Assembly (NCBI GenBank): GCA_000002445.1
Contig: CP000066.1
Span: 640,001-704,000 of the forward strand
Length of the DNA stretch: 64,000 nucleotides
Origin: Trypanosoma brucei
Lineage: Eukaryota
Direction: 5' to 3'
Part shown: piece by piece, positions 19,791 through 30,203 of the stretch
Layout of the letters: each line of letters starts with the position of its first letter
Position numbering within the stretch: position 1 is the stretch's first letter
Notes under the pieces: model-generated
The model's input: the letters and a program-made list of their open reading frames with translations, nothing else
Databases searched by the model: none
What the model was told of the DNA's origin: nothing
Made by a program: the position numbers and the translations under genes

Positions 19791-22234
19791 TTTGAGGTAC
19801 CAGGAGCTAGAAGGGTGCCACCACTACCACCGGACACGAGCGCCGGACCAAGCAAAAAACATGGAAAGGCGTACAGCAGCACCCAAACAATACGAAAAGA
19901 CGCCACTGGAACACTGATCATCCAAACAAGGGGAATCAGCACAAGGAGAATGCACAAATGCGGTGACAGCCGCTGAATCCATGGGCTGGCCAAAGCCTTG
20001 GCCAAAGAAGACAGTTTGTCCCTATGAAGCTGCTCACAAAACCGTTGCTCATGATATAAAGGCCACATCACGTATGAGAGAATAAGCACGAGTAATAGCA
20101 CCTCCACGGCGCGACTGGTGAAGTCCACTACGGTGGCATCGTCAAACGTGGCTGATCGCAGCGCGTTCCTCCACGCGAAGAAGGGATGAAGGTGAATTAA
20201 GTGCAAAAGGGCGTAGGCCGACACTAACATATACGCCTCCTCCCTTCTGCCGTCACTGCTGTCAAAGGTAGCGGTTTGATATGACGCAGAGAGAGGCAGT
20301 AGAACTATAGTGAGACACAACCACACTAGGGCGCGGTCACATATACGCAGCGGTAACAACACACCACACAGAAAAACAACTACACCAAACACAGTGACCG
20401 GTATTATCCGGTTCCACGGCTCATCGCAATTATCATCGCTACGTGTGGGCGACCTGCGAACCCACCGCGGTAGTCTTAGATAGATGCACGCACGATGAGT
20501 AACCAACCAGAATTTCGTCCATCCAAACTTACTTCCCCTCAAAAGCAGCTGAAGCAAGCGATAAGCAATAATACCCATCCATATGCCTTTCAACGCGGGG
20601 CCGGAAGCGGCAAAAGCACACCAAACCAACATGAGAGGATCAAATGTGGGTTTGCACACAAGCGTGTCAGCGATCCAGGGCGACTTACATCCTTCCATTG
20701 CTGGTAGCAGACAACATGGTATCTGCACGAGTAACAAGTGGCCCACAATTCCCATTATCGGGGTAACCATAACAACAGCCGTGTGCGATGACGTGAACAA
20801 TGATTTCCATGACCAATCTGCGCAGCAATGGGACAGCACACGGAGGTTCAGCAGCAGCCGCAGCAGCAGCGGGTGGATCGCGGAGAGGACGAAAGAACCG
20901 TATGAAAACGCCACCAACACGGTAAGGCCGACATGAGTGTAACTCGCCTCCGCCCACCACGAAAAGGCATCTGAAAAGGAGTGCGGCGGAGGTGCTGGAT
21001 CATTGATGCCCTCTGGTAAAGACCAGTTCCGCAACTTAAGGTTCCTTGACTCGGGTGAAATACCATCCCCCCTGACCAGAGAATTTCTAATAACGGCAGA
21101 GGTCCAGAATTCAACAACACAGTAGTCCCTCATTATATCGTCATGAGAAAACGTCTTTCCACACACTTTTGGGTGCTCTGTGGTGACATCAATACACGAC
21201 CCATTGTTGCACCCAATGCTGTCACTGAGGCGCGTGTGTTTAGACTGCACCATCAAGTCTAACGGCCCCGACGTAAGTGAAAGAATGCGGGGATTGCGAT
21301 AGCCGTTGCGGTCATTAGCCAACACATTTTTCTGAACAGGATCCCAAAGTGTTTTGTACAACCTCCACATGGGCAGGTCAAGAAAAACAGGCATCTGACG
21401 GTTTGGACTGTTCAGTGTAATAACTCCGGCAATCAACGGGAAAACCTGTGAGTCTGATAGAGTCGACAGCGCCATTCGTACCACAACGCCACCCATGGAG
21501 TGACCAATGAGCCATATGAAGGGAGGGTTATGCGTCTCGTTTTTTCGGTCTTCATACAAAGTTATTATTGTATCCGCTACAAAATCTGCCTGATGATGCA
21601 GAAGAGCACCGCGATGGGCATTTGCCTGCTCGGAGAAATCAAAGGTGTACAACCTTCCCTTGATTTTTTGCTCCTGCAAAAAAAGAATGCCAAGCCGGTG
21701 GGCCTGCATGTAAGAGCCTGCGTTTCCATGAGCAAAGAATATAATTACCTCCGGCGGCTTTTCCTGCGTCGGTGCGTATGTGCTGTAACAATCAGGACAA
21801 CTGACTTCAAAAAAGGAGTACGGCGGGCTGCTTCCCCTGTTACTCCTCTCGTCACCCCACTTCGGATTCTGCAAGAACAATCTTCGATAACTCAGTGGGT
21901 GCCACGCAACCGAGTCCGGAAACACACGAAATCGGTTGTTGTTGGCGTAGTCCCTGATCTGTAACCCAAGTCGCACGACCGAAAGTGCGTAGAGCAGTGC
22001 AGCAGCCAAAGAAAACAGTGTAAATAGCACAACGAGATTTTTCTTCCTTTGCGGAAGGGATGTCGCAGCCGGATTGACACCTGACGAGGGGGCACCAATT
22101 CCACTTAACTCTTCATCTTCTTGGCTAGGCATATGTTCGTCGCACAAACCTTTGTCGAAGCAGTACCCACTGACAGGTCCGTCCCCTGTATATGCACTGC
22201 AATCATCCTCCCTTTCATCACCACAAAGGCGCAT
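19787..22234 (-). CDS. 815-aa PGAP1/Bst1-like GPI inositol deacylase: alpha/beta-hydrolase lipase domain followed by a multi-pass hydrophobic C-terminal half
   Basis: ATG confirmed. Motifs IIFFAHGNAGSY and the nucleophile elbow GHSMGG. Several predicted TM segments in the C-terminal half. All typical of PGAP1. Confidence 0.7.
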   Translation of the reverse strand: MRLCGDEREDDCSAYTGDGPVSGYCFDKGLCDEHMPSQEDEELSGIGAPSSGVNPAATSLPQRKKNLVVLFTLFSLAAALLYALSVVRLGLQIRDYANNNRFRVFPDSVAWHPLSYRRLFLQNPKWGDERSNRGSSPPYSFFEVSCPDCYSTYAPTQEKPPEVIIFFAHGNAGSYMQAHRLGILFLQEQKIKGRLYTFDFSEQANAHRGALLHHQADFVADTIITLYEDRKNETHNPPFIWLIGHSMGGVVVRMALSTLSDSQVFPLIAGVITLNSPNRQMPVFLDLPMWRLYKTLWDPVQKNVLANDRNGYRNPRILSLTSGPLDLMVQSKHTRLSDSIGCNNGSCIDVTTEHPKVCGKTFSHDDIMRDYCVVEFWTSAVIRNSLVRGDGISPESRNLKLRNWSLPEGINDPAPPPHSFSDAFSWWAEASYTHVGLTVLVAFSYGSFVLSAIHPLLLRLLLNLRVLSHCCADWSWKSLFTSSHTAVVMVTPIMGIVGHLLLVQIPCCLLPAMEGCKSPWIADTLVCKPTFDPLMLVWCAFAASGPALKGIWMGIIAYRLLQLLLRGSKFGWTKFWLVTHRACIYLRLPRWVRRSPTRSDDNCDEPWNRIIPVTVFGVVVFLCGVLLPLRICDRALVWLCLTIVLLPLSASYQTATFDSSDGRREEAYMLVSAYALLHLIHLHPFFAWRNALRSATFDDATVVDFTSRAVEVLLLVLILSYVMWPLYHEQRFCEQLHRDKLSSLAKALASPWIQRLSPHLCILLVLIPLVWMISVPVASFRIVWVLLYAFPCFLLGPALVSGGSGGTLLAPGTSN

Positions 22235-22363
22235 TTTTCTTTTTTTTTCTTGCCTTGTCTTGTCTTGTCAGCCTTTGTCCGTGCACACCTTTCCCCCAGT
22301 CTGCTCGTTACACCTTTAGTGGTAAAAGAAAAGGAGAAACGAAAGCACAAGAACAACGAGAAA

Positions 22364-22391
22364 TATACATATATATATATATATATATATG
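22364..22391. repeat. (AT)n microsatellite upstream of the PGAP1-like gene
   Basis: Direct read: atatacatatatatatatatatatatat. Confidence 0.85.
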
Positions 22392-22833
22392 AAAACAGAA
22401 AGATAAAATAAAACACTTGAACGGGGAGAAGCGAATGGGGAAGGACACTCCACGCACACACATCCCATTGAGAGAAATATGTATCATATGCCGAGATGAT
22501 AATCACCATACACATCCCACAAAGAAAGGCAAACAAACGAAGAAAAGAAACAAAAGCAACCTCACCCACTTTCTTAGGAGGGTTCACACACCGTCAAGGT
22601 TGTGAGGCCTAAAAGCAAAACCAACTTTCACGCATGAAGGAGGATCAAAACATCCTCGGTAAAACAAAGACATCTACCACTTGCGTACGCTGGCACTCCC
22701 ACATGAGCACTAGTGATCATTACAATTTTAACATTTGACTACGACTAACACTTTCCAAAGCAAAGGGGACGAAACTCAGCAGAGGGTGCCACGGCTAACT
22801 CATATCGCGGCCATCGTTCTCCCATCTTCAGCT

Positions 22834-25800
22834 TCACTCACGTTTTAGTGGCCACTGAAGGAATTTAACTGCACTCACAAGTTTATTCGATATAATAACG
22901 GAGATATTCACCGACACATCTCTCAGGAGGCATACTACACGCCATGGTTGTGGAGGTCGCGAGACACGCGTATGACTCGCAGCGTCGGCCACAACCGCAC
23001 CTTCAATGCGTGTGCGAAGGCAGAGGCGTAAATGGGAATCTTCCAGCCTCACGCTTGTTCGTTGATGGAGAGCAGGTTGCTCCGACGCGTGCAGCGAGGG
23101 GCGGATAGTTTGACCCGCATTATGGTTCATGAGACTTGGTTCCACTGGACTCTTTACTTCCATCAAACGTGGCGAAGCAAAGCCGCTACTGAAGTTGCGC
23201 AACTCCCCTTCATGATTAGTGCCGCCTTGCAGCCTCACACATCCACTCACCTCGCATCCCCCCGGTGCCTCATAGCAACTGCCGCAGCTACCAAATTGTG
23301 TGGAATGGCCACATTGGACAGCTGCTAAGGTAAACGAACTTATATCTAGTCCTTGTATTGGCCCGGACCTCGAGTGCTTTCCCTCATTTCCATAATCCCA
23401 TGGTTGGTTATCAGCACACCATGGCAAGTCGCTCCACGGGATAGAAGTTGTGGGTGATTGGATTCCGCCATGTGCAGCCGTGGAAGAGGCTATTGCATGC
23501 AACACAGAATTCTTCAGTGTTACTGTGGCATGTCTTGCTACAATGATCTCCTTGTAGATGCAGTAGCCGCTACATCCCGTGAGTGATACCTTGGCACACT
23601 CTGCTTGTAAGGCAGGGCCCCCAACAGCACTTATAAATACACTTCGAGTTGCCTCCAGAGAGCTGTCACTAACAACAAATACAGCCTCCGAGCCGGCAAA
23701 AACACAGCGAGTGGCAGCAACCCTTGAATCCATTGCCACCGAAAGCCGTCGCACACGTACATTCTCCAACACCAATGAAGACCCATCCGTAACATGCAAG
23801 CGTACAGGCAATATTGGGGTGTCTGAATCACTCCGCTTCGTGGGTTTTGGTGCTTGCTGGTCACTTTCTTCATTTAATGGGCACCCACCATTTTGTCTTG
23901 GACCAATATCAATATCAGCTGCGGATGTGCGGTAGCGTACGTCATCACGCGGCACACCCGCCACAGCAGCCGCAGGTCTTCTGGACTCTTCTCGTGATGG
24001 TAACCTCCCGGAGTGAGTGGCTCCCTCTGATGTGCTTCGGTGAAAGAAAAATGTCATATTCTTATTGTGCATTGGGGGAACTACATCAGCAGCCCCGCAC
24101 ACCTCACCCCTGGCCCCGCTATGCAGTACTAATGTGTGCCAAATCACCTTGCTGTGAAGTTGGCCTATTTCTCCAGGCTTAAATGAATCAGTGGCACGGG
24201 GGACATGGCCAGATGAAGTGCCGCGAGACAAACCGGCTTTGTTTGCAAGACATGGTGTTGGAACACATTGCAGCAAGACATTGCGCAGTCGAACATACGC
24301 ATTCGATCCCTTAGCAAAGATGGCAGCCCGCACTGCCGGGCATTTGTGCCCACAATCACATTTGTCTTCTTCCAGGACATTCAACTGTGCAGCTTGCGTT
24401 TCCTGCACTATTACATAACACGAGTTCATGGACAGCTGGCCGCCTTCATAAACACGAATGGGACACCCCACTTGCTCTAATACACCATCTAACTCCAGAG
24501 ACTGCGGCGCCATATCCGCAGCGGCAGCAGCATCACCGTCCAGGTGAAGAACGGTGTTGTCGAGTACACATTTCCCAAAAATTCTCACATTCCCCTGCAG
24601 GACGCTGAAGACATTCTTCACACTGGAAAAACGAGAAAACACCTGTGATGCTGTCACGCGGATAGCTCCGCCATGGGAAACTAACAGCGAGTAATTCCAC
24701 ACATTTTGTGCTAAGCAATCAGATAGATACACGTTCGACCCAACTAGAGCGTTGAAGGCGACGTTGCAAAACTCTGCCTTACACCGATACAGGTACGCGA
24801 CAGCTTCGGCACCACACCTCACCGCAATCGCCGCGCCGCCGCCAAACACTGCATTATGAATAACAGCCGTCCCTTTGTCCATCACAAAACAAGATGGGGG
24901 TTGACCGCAAAGACTAGAGCAAGTGGTTGCGGGTCCCAAAGGGCCTGACAGCCGACATGCTCCAAAGTCTCCGGATACGCTGACCTCTAAGAGGCTATCC
25001 ACCGTCGCGTCAAATCTTGCACCGCAGTTTACGTGGACACCTGAGCGCGAGAATCCGCTAATCTTCACATTGCCCTCAACCTGCACAATGCCGTTTCTGT
25101 TCTCAATACCGCACACCCGCGCCCTGTAACTTCCGTGATGAACAATGCACGTTCCCTGATTGAGCACAAGCACACCAACATGGTTACACTCAGTAGTACA
25201 GTGATTAAGACAACATTTCGCACTATCCACCAGGTAACCGTTGGCAACGTCGGACGCTACACATTGCCAGGCCTCCATCTCCGTATCCGCGTCAAGCGCG
25301 GCGTAACCAAAAGTTACGTGACGAACTTCGCACGCAGTTAACTCACAATGGCTACCTGCCCACGCCTTTACACCTAAACTCCACGTTCCACCGCATAAGC
25401 ACGTGGGGGAAGTCGTGGCGGTCTCATCCAAATCCCTGCAAACGCCGCACCCTCCGTCGACACTTACGGAACTGCAAGTGATGACGGGCGCGTACACCGG
25501 CGATTCAGTCGATTGGGGCTCGCCTGGTAAATCGGGCGGCGCTACGGAAGCTGTACAGCCATGGAACGGGTCATCGCTCATGTCCACCATACACTTTTTG
25601 AGGCATAAATAGCCACCGTTGTGAGAAGTAAAACCGCTCTCAAGACTTCCACGGACGGTAACGCCAACGCATCGAACGTGACTCGACCGGCTATCCAATC
25701 CGCGAATGCGGCACTGAAAAATGCAGGGGATGCCACCCAATATACAGTGTGGTGCGTCCGAGTTGTCTATGCTAAGCTTAGACTGATTAAAGGCGAGCAC

Positions 25801-28683
25801 CCCAACCTGCTCTGCGTATGCCCCACAGGAATATAACCTGCACTCCGCACCATCAAACACAAAACTGTTGGATCGGCACACCCCCACGCATTCCCTGCAA
25901 AGAACAACAGATCCTTGGGAGGCAGTAAACCCAAGAGAGTGATCAGTAACTAAGCAGCGACTCAATGTTGCACTACTGTTCACAATTCTAACCGCGCACG
26001 TTTTACGCGATGCCGGAAGTGTCGACATGACGATCACGTCGGTTAACTCGATAGAACTTTTATCGTAGGCAAATATGGATGTTATCCCGGTGTCCTTCAG
26101 TATCAAACCCCTGGCCACGACAGTTGCCTCGCGTACCTCTAGCCCAAATGCACCTCCTACGAACGACAGCGGCAGTAAGGTCTCCGTGTTCGCTTCCGTT
26201 GCTACACCTTCACAGTCATTGCTATTGTTTGCTTTATTCGCTTTACTTTTGGTGGTGCCACTTCCCCTCCGCTTTTTCGAAAAAGCTCTTCTAATAGAGG
26301 AGACATAATCATTTTCTTGCTCAACTTCATCCACAGCCAACGGCAGGGCAGACTTGTGTACGCCGCGCCAGCCGCGACCCATGTCGTACCGCAGCTCACC
26401 TCCCTCCACAGTAAAAACTGCATTGCTCTCGTTATCCCCCCCAGATCCACAGGTATTCATTAGAGGCAGTCGGTACCAGCCGTTTTCACGACCACGTAGC
26501 GCCAGTAGCGTGCGGCAGCGTTTCTCAAATAGCTCTGGGGGTCCTGCGTCGTTGTTGATTGTGCACTTGGCACCGTTCAAAGCAAATATGCCCACATGAT
26601 TTGTGAAGGCAGAGCTGCTGTCAAATGTTGCACGTGAGGCTTCAACTGTGTATCCGTTAACGACGTGCTCAGCGTGGCAACTGTAGAAGTGTGCCACCGA
26701 GTGTGATATCACTGAAAAACCAAAATAAACGTACTCAGCGAGGCAGTGACGGGCGGTAACCAATCCACCCAGCTCTACACTGAGGCCCGTGGGACGGTTA
26801 CCGTCGGATGCCTCAAAAACGACTTGATCCCCGCCATAAAACCGAGTGCCAGCGAAAAAAGCCCGGCATCCAGCAACGCTCACGGCATTGATGTAGCCAG
26901 CCATGATGTCACAATCAGAGATATCCACAGAAGCATCCTGCTCAGCAAGAATAACCCGCTCACACTCGGACGGTGCAATACTGCATCCGCCACGGGCACA
27001 CAACCGTGCGCTATTTGAAACATGAATAAAAGAATGCAAAACGTTCAGGGAGGCCACTCCCGTAAAACCAGTGTCCTGGCAATCAGCGGAAGGGGGAGCA
27101 TAGCGCTTCATCACGGTCCCATCGCGCAGATCCAACTTCGATTCATCCAATACTAGAATTCCCTCGCGGTAGCCATCCGGCACATCGACGAACAACTTTG
27201 AACGAGAGAAAATCACTTGACCCTGCCCTTCCACCACAATGCTTCCGGTGACAATACAACTATCTACTTCCAGCGTTCCTAATACGGTGATAACGGAGGC
27301 ATACACCTCGAGTTTTTGCAACCGTAACGTACAATCTGGTGGAATTACACACTGCTCGGTGGTGCTTGACCATCTGATGGAGGTGAGGAAAGACTCTACT
27401 CCGCTCCCACCCTCACCACAAAGGACCAGTCGGATGGGGGCACATTCACAGGTTTTGTTCTTGTCGCAGAAGGCACAGTTGATCCCAGTCCCCCCACTCC
27501 CCCCTTCGCCAACGGAGTTGCTTTCTTCTCCAGCTTCTCCTTCACTTGCAGCGCATGTGCAGATCACTGGGGTCACCTCGTCCCTCCCCTCCTCGGCTAA
27601 GCGAGACAAAACTTCATTTTCCATTGTTTCGGCGGCATCCGTCTTGCATTCTCCCGCCCCAGCTGAACTCCCAAAAGCGGGGCTATTGACTGTGGGATTC
27701 GCATTGTTATCTAGCGGTGGATTAAGCATCCCTTCCCTCGCGCACAGCGGCGCAAGCAAAATGTTAAAAGATAAGTTTTCGCGAAGTGCGCCACTGGTGG
27801 ACGGGAGGTTGCAAACGAACATATCATCATCCACAACCGTGTCCTTGGTAGGGTGCTCCGGTGACTGAAACAACGCCCGCCTTCGTGGAGCGTCCAAGAA
27901 AATGTCCATCACCTCAGACGAGAAACGCATCTGCTGCAATTCTCCACATGAACACACCACCTTCTCCCTCCGTGTCGTGCCCGAATCCCCTTCAATCCCG
28001 TCATCACTTGTGATTGCAGAACTGCGCTGCCCCTCATCGTTCGTTACTGCCGTGGCTGCTGCTGATAGCCCCTCCCTTGTTGCAAGTTGGTTTGCCTCGG
28101 GAATTCGCTTTTGTCCAGTAACCTTACTTCTGAAGAGATGCGGGTGGGAGTTTCGAATGTGTTGGATTCCTAAGTCATGCTCCTCAAGAGAGTAGGCGGA
28201 AGCGGCTGACTGCTGTGGCATCCATGCGGCATCGTCGTTTCCTCCATGAGCTCCATTCCCAACCAACCACCGCCGCGACTCATCAACTGTTACTCTGCTG
28301 TCACACCCGAACGGGTTGAGTGTTGTGTAAAGGGAGTGAAACAGCAAACTGAGACCCTCCACATCCACCGTCCACTGCTGAGACATGAGTTCAAAAGAGC
28401 AAATGGCTCCATAATGGATAAACGTCGCAAAGAGACGGGGCGAGACAACAAAAACAAGTGGCATGCGCTGCAGCTCTTCTAAAAAAAGCACTCGCAGGGA
28501 GATGATAAACTCTTTCTTGTTCTCATCCTCGTAGCGCAACTGAACGAACCAGTTGGTCAGGTCATCCTCGTCAAGAAGCTCAACAGCAGTGCAGCAACCC
28601 CCTAATAGCGTGTGAAGGTTCTGCTTAAAATGGGCATAAAGCCGTTGTAGGCGTTGAAGGTACGAAGTGGACAGTTGGAGCAT
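22834..28683 (-). CDS. 1949-aa protein with an N-terminal UBC-fold (E2/UEV-like) domain followed by about 1700 aa of Cys/Gly/Val/Asn-rich parallel beta-helix (PbH1/CASH-like) repeats
   Basis: The track ORF starts at a TTG (28977) that runs through a sense-strand pyrimidine tract. The ATG at 28683 ('cat' at 28681-28683) begins MLQLSTSYLQRLQRLY..., which aligns with the UBC N-helix. The core NWFVQL..FIISLRVLF..MPLVFVVSPRLFATFIHYGAICSFELMSQQW..LSLLFHSLYTTLNP matches the UBC consensus W..i.GP..F.l.i.F...YPf.PP.v.F.t...HPN....G.ICLdiL...W.P. Downstream repeats of the form N..G..V.....F..N.vGI.a.ng...I.NN recur throughout. Confidence 0.55.
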   Translation of the reverse strand: MLQLSTSYLQRLQRLYAHFKQNLHTLLGGCCTAVELLDEDDLTNWFVQLRYEDENKKEFIISLRVLFLEELQRMPLVFVVSPRLFATFIHYGAICSFELMSQQWTVDVEGLSLLFHSLYTTLNPFGCDSRVTVDESRRWLVGNGAHGGNDDAAWMPQQSAASAYSLEEHDLGIQHIRNSHPHLFRSKVTGQKRIPEANQLATREGLSAAATAVTNDEGQRSSAITSDDGIEGDSGTTRREKVVCSCGELQQMRFSSEVMDIFLDAPRRRALFQSPEHPTKDTVVDDDMFVCNLPSTSGALRENLSFNILLAPLCAREGMLNPPLDNNANPTVNSPAFGSSAGAGECKTDAAETMENEVLSRLAEEGRDEVTPVICTCAASEGEAGEESNSVGEGGSGGTGINCAFCDKNKTCECAPIRLVLCGEGGSGVESFLTSIRWSSTTEQCVIPPDCTLRLQKLEVYASVITVLGTLEVDSCIVTGSIVVEGQGQVIFSRSKLFVDVPDGYREGILVLDESKLDLRDGTVMKRYAPPSADCQDTGFTGVASLNVLHSFIHVSNSARLCARGGCSIAPSECERVILAEQDASVDISDCDIMAGYINAVSVAGCRAFFAGTRFYGGDQVVFEASDGNRPTGLSVELGGLVTARHCLAEYVYFGFSVISHSVAHFYSCHAEHVVNGYTVEASRATFDSSSAFTNHVGIFALNGAKCTINNDAGPPELFEKRCRTLLALRGRENGWYRLPLMNTCGSGGDNESNAVFTVEGGELRYDMGRGWRGVHKSALPLAVDEVEQENDYVSSIRRAFSKKRRGSGTTKSKANKANNSNDCEGVATEANTETLLPLSFVGGAFGLEVREATVVARGLILKDTGITSIFAYDKSSIELTDVIVMSTLPASRKTCAVRIVNSSATLSRCLVTDHSLGFTASQGSVVLCRECVGVCRSNSFVFDGAECRLYSCGAYAEQVGVLAFNQSKLSIDNSDAPHCILGGIPCIFQCRIRGLDSRSSHVRCVGVTVRGSLESGFTSHNGGYLCLKKCMVDMSDDPFHGCTASVAPPDLPGEPQSTESPVYAPVITCSSVSVDGGCGVCRDLDETATTSPTCLCGGTWSLGVKAWAGSHCELTACEVRHVTFGYAALDADTEMEAWQCVASDVANGYLVDSAKCCLNHCTTECNHVGVLVLNQGTCIVHHGSYRARVCGIENRNGIVQVEGNVKISGFSRSGVHVNCGARFDATVDSLLEVSVSGDFGACRLSGPLGPATTCSSLCGQPPSCFVMDKGTAVIHNAVFGGGAAIAVRCGAEAVAYLYRCKAEFCNVAFNALVGSNVYLSDCLAQNVWNYSLLVSHGGAIRVTASQVFSRFSSVKNVFSVLQGNVRIFGKCVLDNTVLHLDGDAAAAADMAPQSLELDGVLEQVGCPIRVYEGGQLSMNSCYVIVQETQAAQLNVLEEDKCDCGHKCPAVRAAIFAKGSNAYVRLRNVLLQCVPTPCLANKAGLSRGTSSGHVPRATDSFKPGEIGQLHSKVIWHTLVLHSGARGEVCGAADVVPPMHNKNMTFFFHRSTSEGATHSGRLPSREESRRPAAAVAGVPRDDVRYRTSAADIDIGPRQNGGCPLNEESDQQAPKPTKRSDSDTPILPVRLHVTDGSSLVLENVRVRRLSVAMDSRVAATRCVFAGSEAVFVVSDSSLEATRSVFISAVGGPALQAECAKVSLTGCSGYCIYKEIIVARHATVTLKNSVLHAIASSTAAHGGIQSPTTSIPWSDLPWCADNQPWDYGNEGKHSRSGPIQGLDISSFTLAAVQCGHSTQFGSCGSCYEAPGGCEVSGCVRLQGGTNHEGELRNFSSGFASPRLMEVKSPVEPSLMNHNAGQTIRPSLHASEQPALHQRTSVRLEDSHLRLCLRTRIEGAVVADAASHTRVSRPPQPWRVVCLLRDVSVNISVIISNKLVSAVKFLQWPLKRE

Positions 28684-28740
28684 CTGCTTCTTCCTCCTGT
28701 GCGTCCACCTCACGATCCAACCCTCTTCTAGAGCTATTGG

Positions 28741-28870
28741 AGAGAGAAACGGAGTAGAAGCCCTTATCAAACGGAAGAGACAAAAAACAAAAGACACACA
28801 AGTTGGCGTACGGCACTCGGTAAGTAAAGTTAGCAGAGAGCTAAAACAAAAGTAAGACATAAAAAATAAT
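28741..28870 (-). promoter_or_regulatory. Sense-strand polypyrimidine tract upstream of the UBC/beta-helix gene. Candidate splice-acceptor region
   Basis: Plus strand is AG-rich (ggagagagaaacggagtagaag...aaaaaacaaaagacacacaag). The TTG-extended ORF translates this as FFMSYFCFSSLLTLL, a signature of reading through a pyrimidine tract. Confidence 0.4.
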
Positions 28871-30203
28871 TGCCCTTCCGCTTTCATGAGAAGCAGCCAC
28901 CCCCCTCCTCCCAGCGACGGCTGCCGTTTCCATACGAGAGGGGAAACAGGTGACAACCACTTGAAAGAGAAATGCAAACGATAACAACATCATATACCCA
29001 ACACAAGCAGTCAAAGTGGGCTACGCGGCAAAGTGCTGGCAGCGGAAGCAAAACACACTATGATAATAGGATGACAAAGTGGAAAAAAAACAGAATGACA
29101 AAGATGACGGGTAGCACTACAACAATAATTCTTTTGAGAATCACTACGAGCAGGTCTCGTGGTTTTCCTGTCCCTCTGTGAGAAACGACAACGTAAATCG
29201 AAATAAACAAAAATAAAGGCACAATATTGTAGGAGAAGGGTCTTTTCATCCTGATATCCCCGTTCTTTTTCTTTTTCTTGGTTCGTGAGATACCCGTACG
29301 GGAAACTGAGCAAACACGTCTGCCCTGTTGAAAGGGGGAAAATGGACCACGACATTTCCAAAAATATAAAAGAACACCACTTTGTACTCCCTCTCGCTCC
29401 CCATTGCATAATCATACGAACTCTCTTGCACCACATGGCGCTTGTCTCTAATGCTTATGAAGCTGCTCTTCCCCTTACAGCGCGGCCGCACTCCGCTGCG
29501 CAACGGAAGACACCACGAGAAGAAAACAATAACGCACACCTCAGTCGACCTTCAATTTCCCATGCACTCCACCGCGGTGTGCCAGCCTTCTCGCTTCACT
29601 TTCTCTAGCTGATATTGTTGACGGTAGCCACATCATCTTACATCTACAATGCAAAAGATTCCCGCAGCATCTTCCGGTGCACACGACAACTACGGTACAG
29701 GGCACCTCATGATGGTGAGATGCTATTTTTAAGGCCAAATGTGCTCGATGTCACATAACCTGCGCTTTGAGTCTGCGGGTACACACATTTGTCATTTCCT
29801 CGGCGAAATGTTCATCCGCTACAATGTTAGGCCATTTCCGTCTCTCTTCGGGCACTTGTCTGTGTGCGTACGCGGCGGAGCACATAGTGCATATATGAAT
29901 GTCTATCTGATTGAGGACAGGAGCTTCAGCTCGACAATGGCCACGCGAACTCTTTGGGACTATTGAGTGGAAACATTATGAATGTCAACTGATCGAAAGG
30001 AAATACAAAGAAAAGAACGATTAACGACTACATTGGGTGTACTGCGCGAACGAAACAGTGAGATAACAATATTAAGCGCTTTGTGTCGATGCCCACGAAT
30101 ACCACAAAACGCACCTCTTCCCTCCAAGTGGCATCGATAAGGTAACGAGTCACCCAAAGTCCCACCCAACCCTTCAGATATTGGTGAAAGCCTCCTTCAC
30201 TTC

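Noticed and set aside
28684-28977. 98-codon N-terminal extension of the UBC/beta-helix ORF, with an in-frame ATG at 28887
   Set aside because: The extension starts at a TTG and translates a pyrimidine tract (FFMSYFCFSSLLTLL). The UBC-fold N-helix begins exactly at the ATG at 28683. An ATG inside a polypyrimidine tract is more likely upstream of the splice acceptor.
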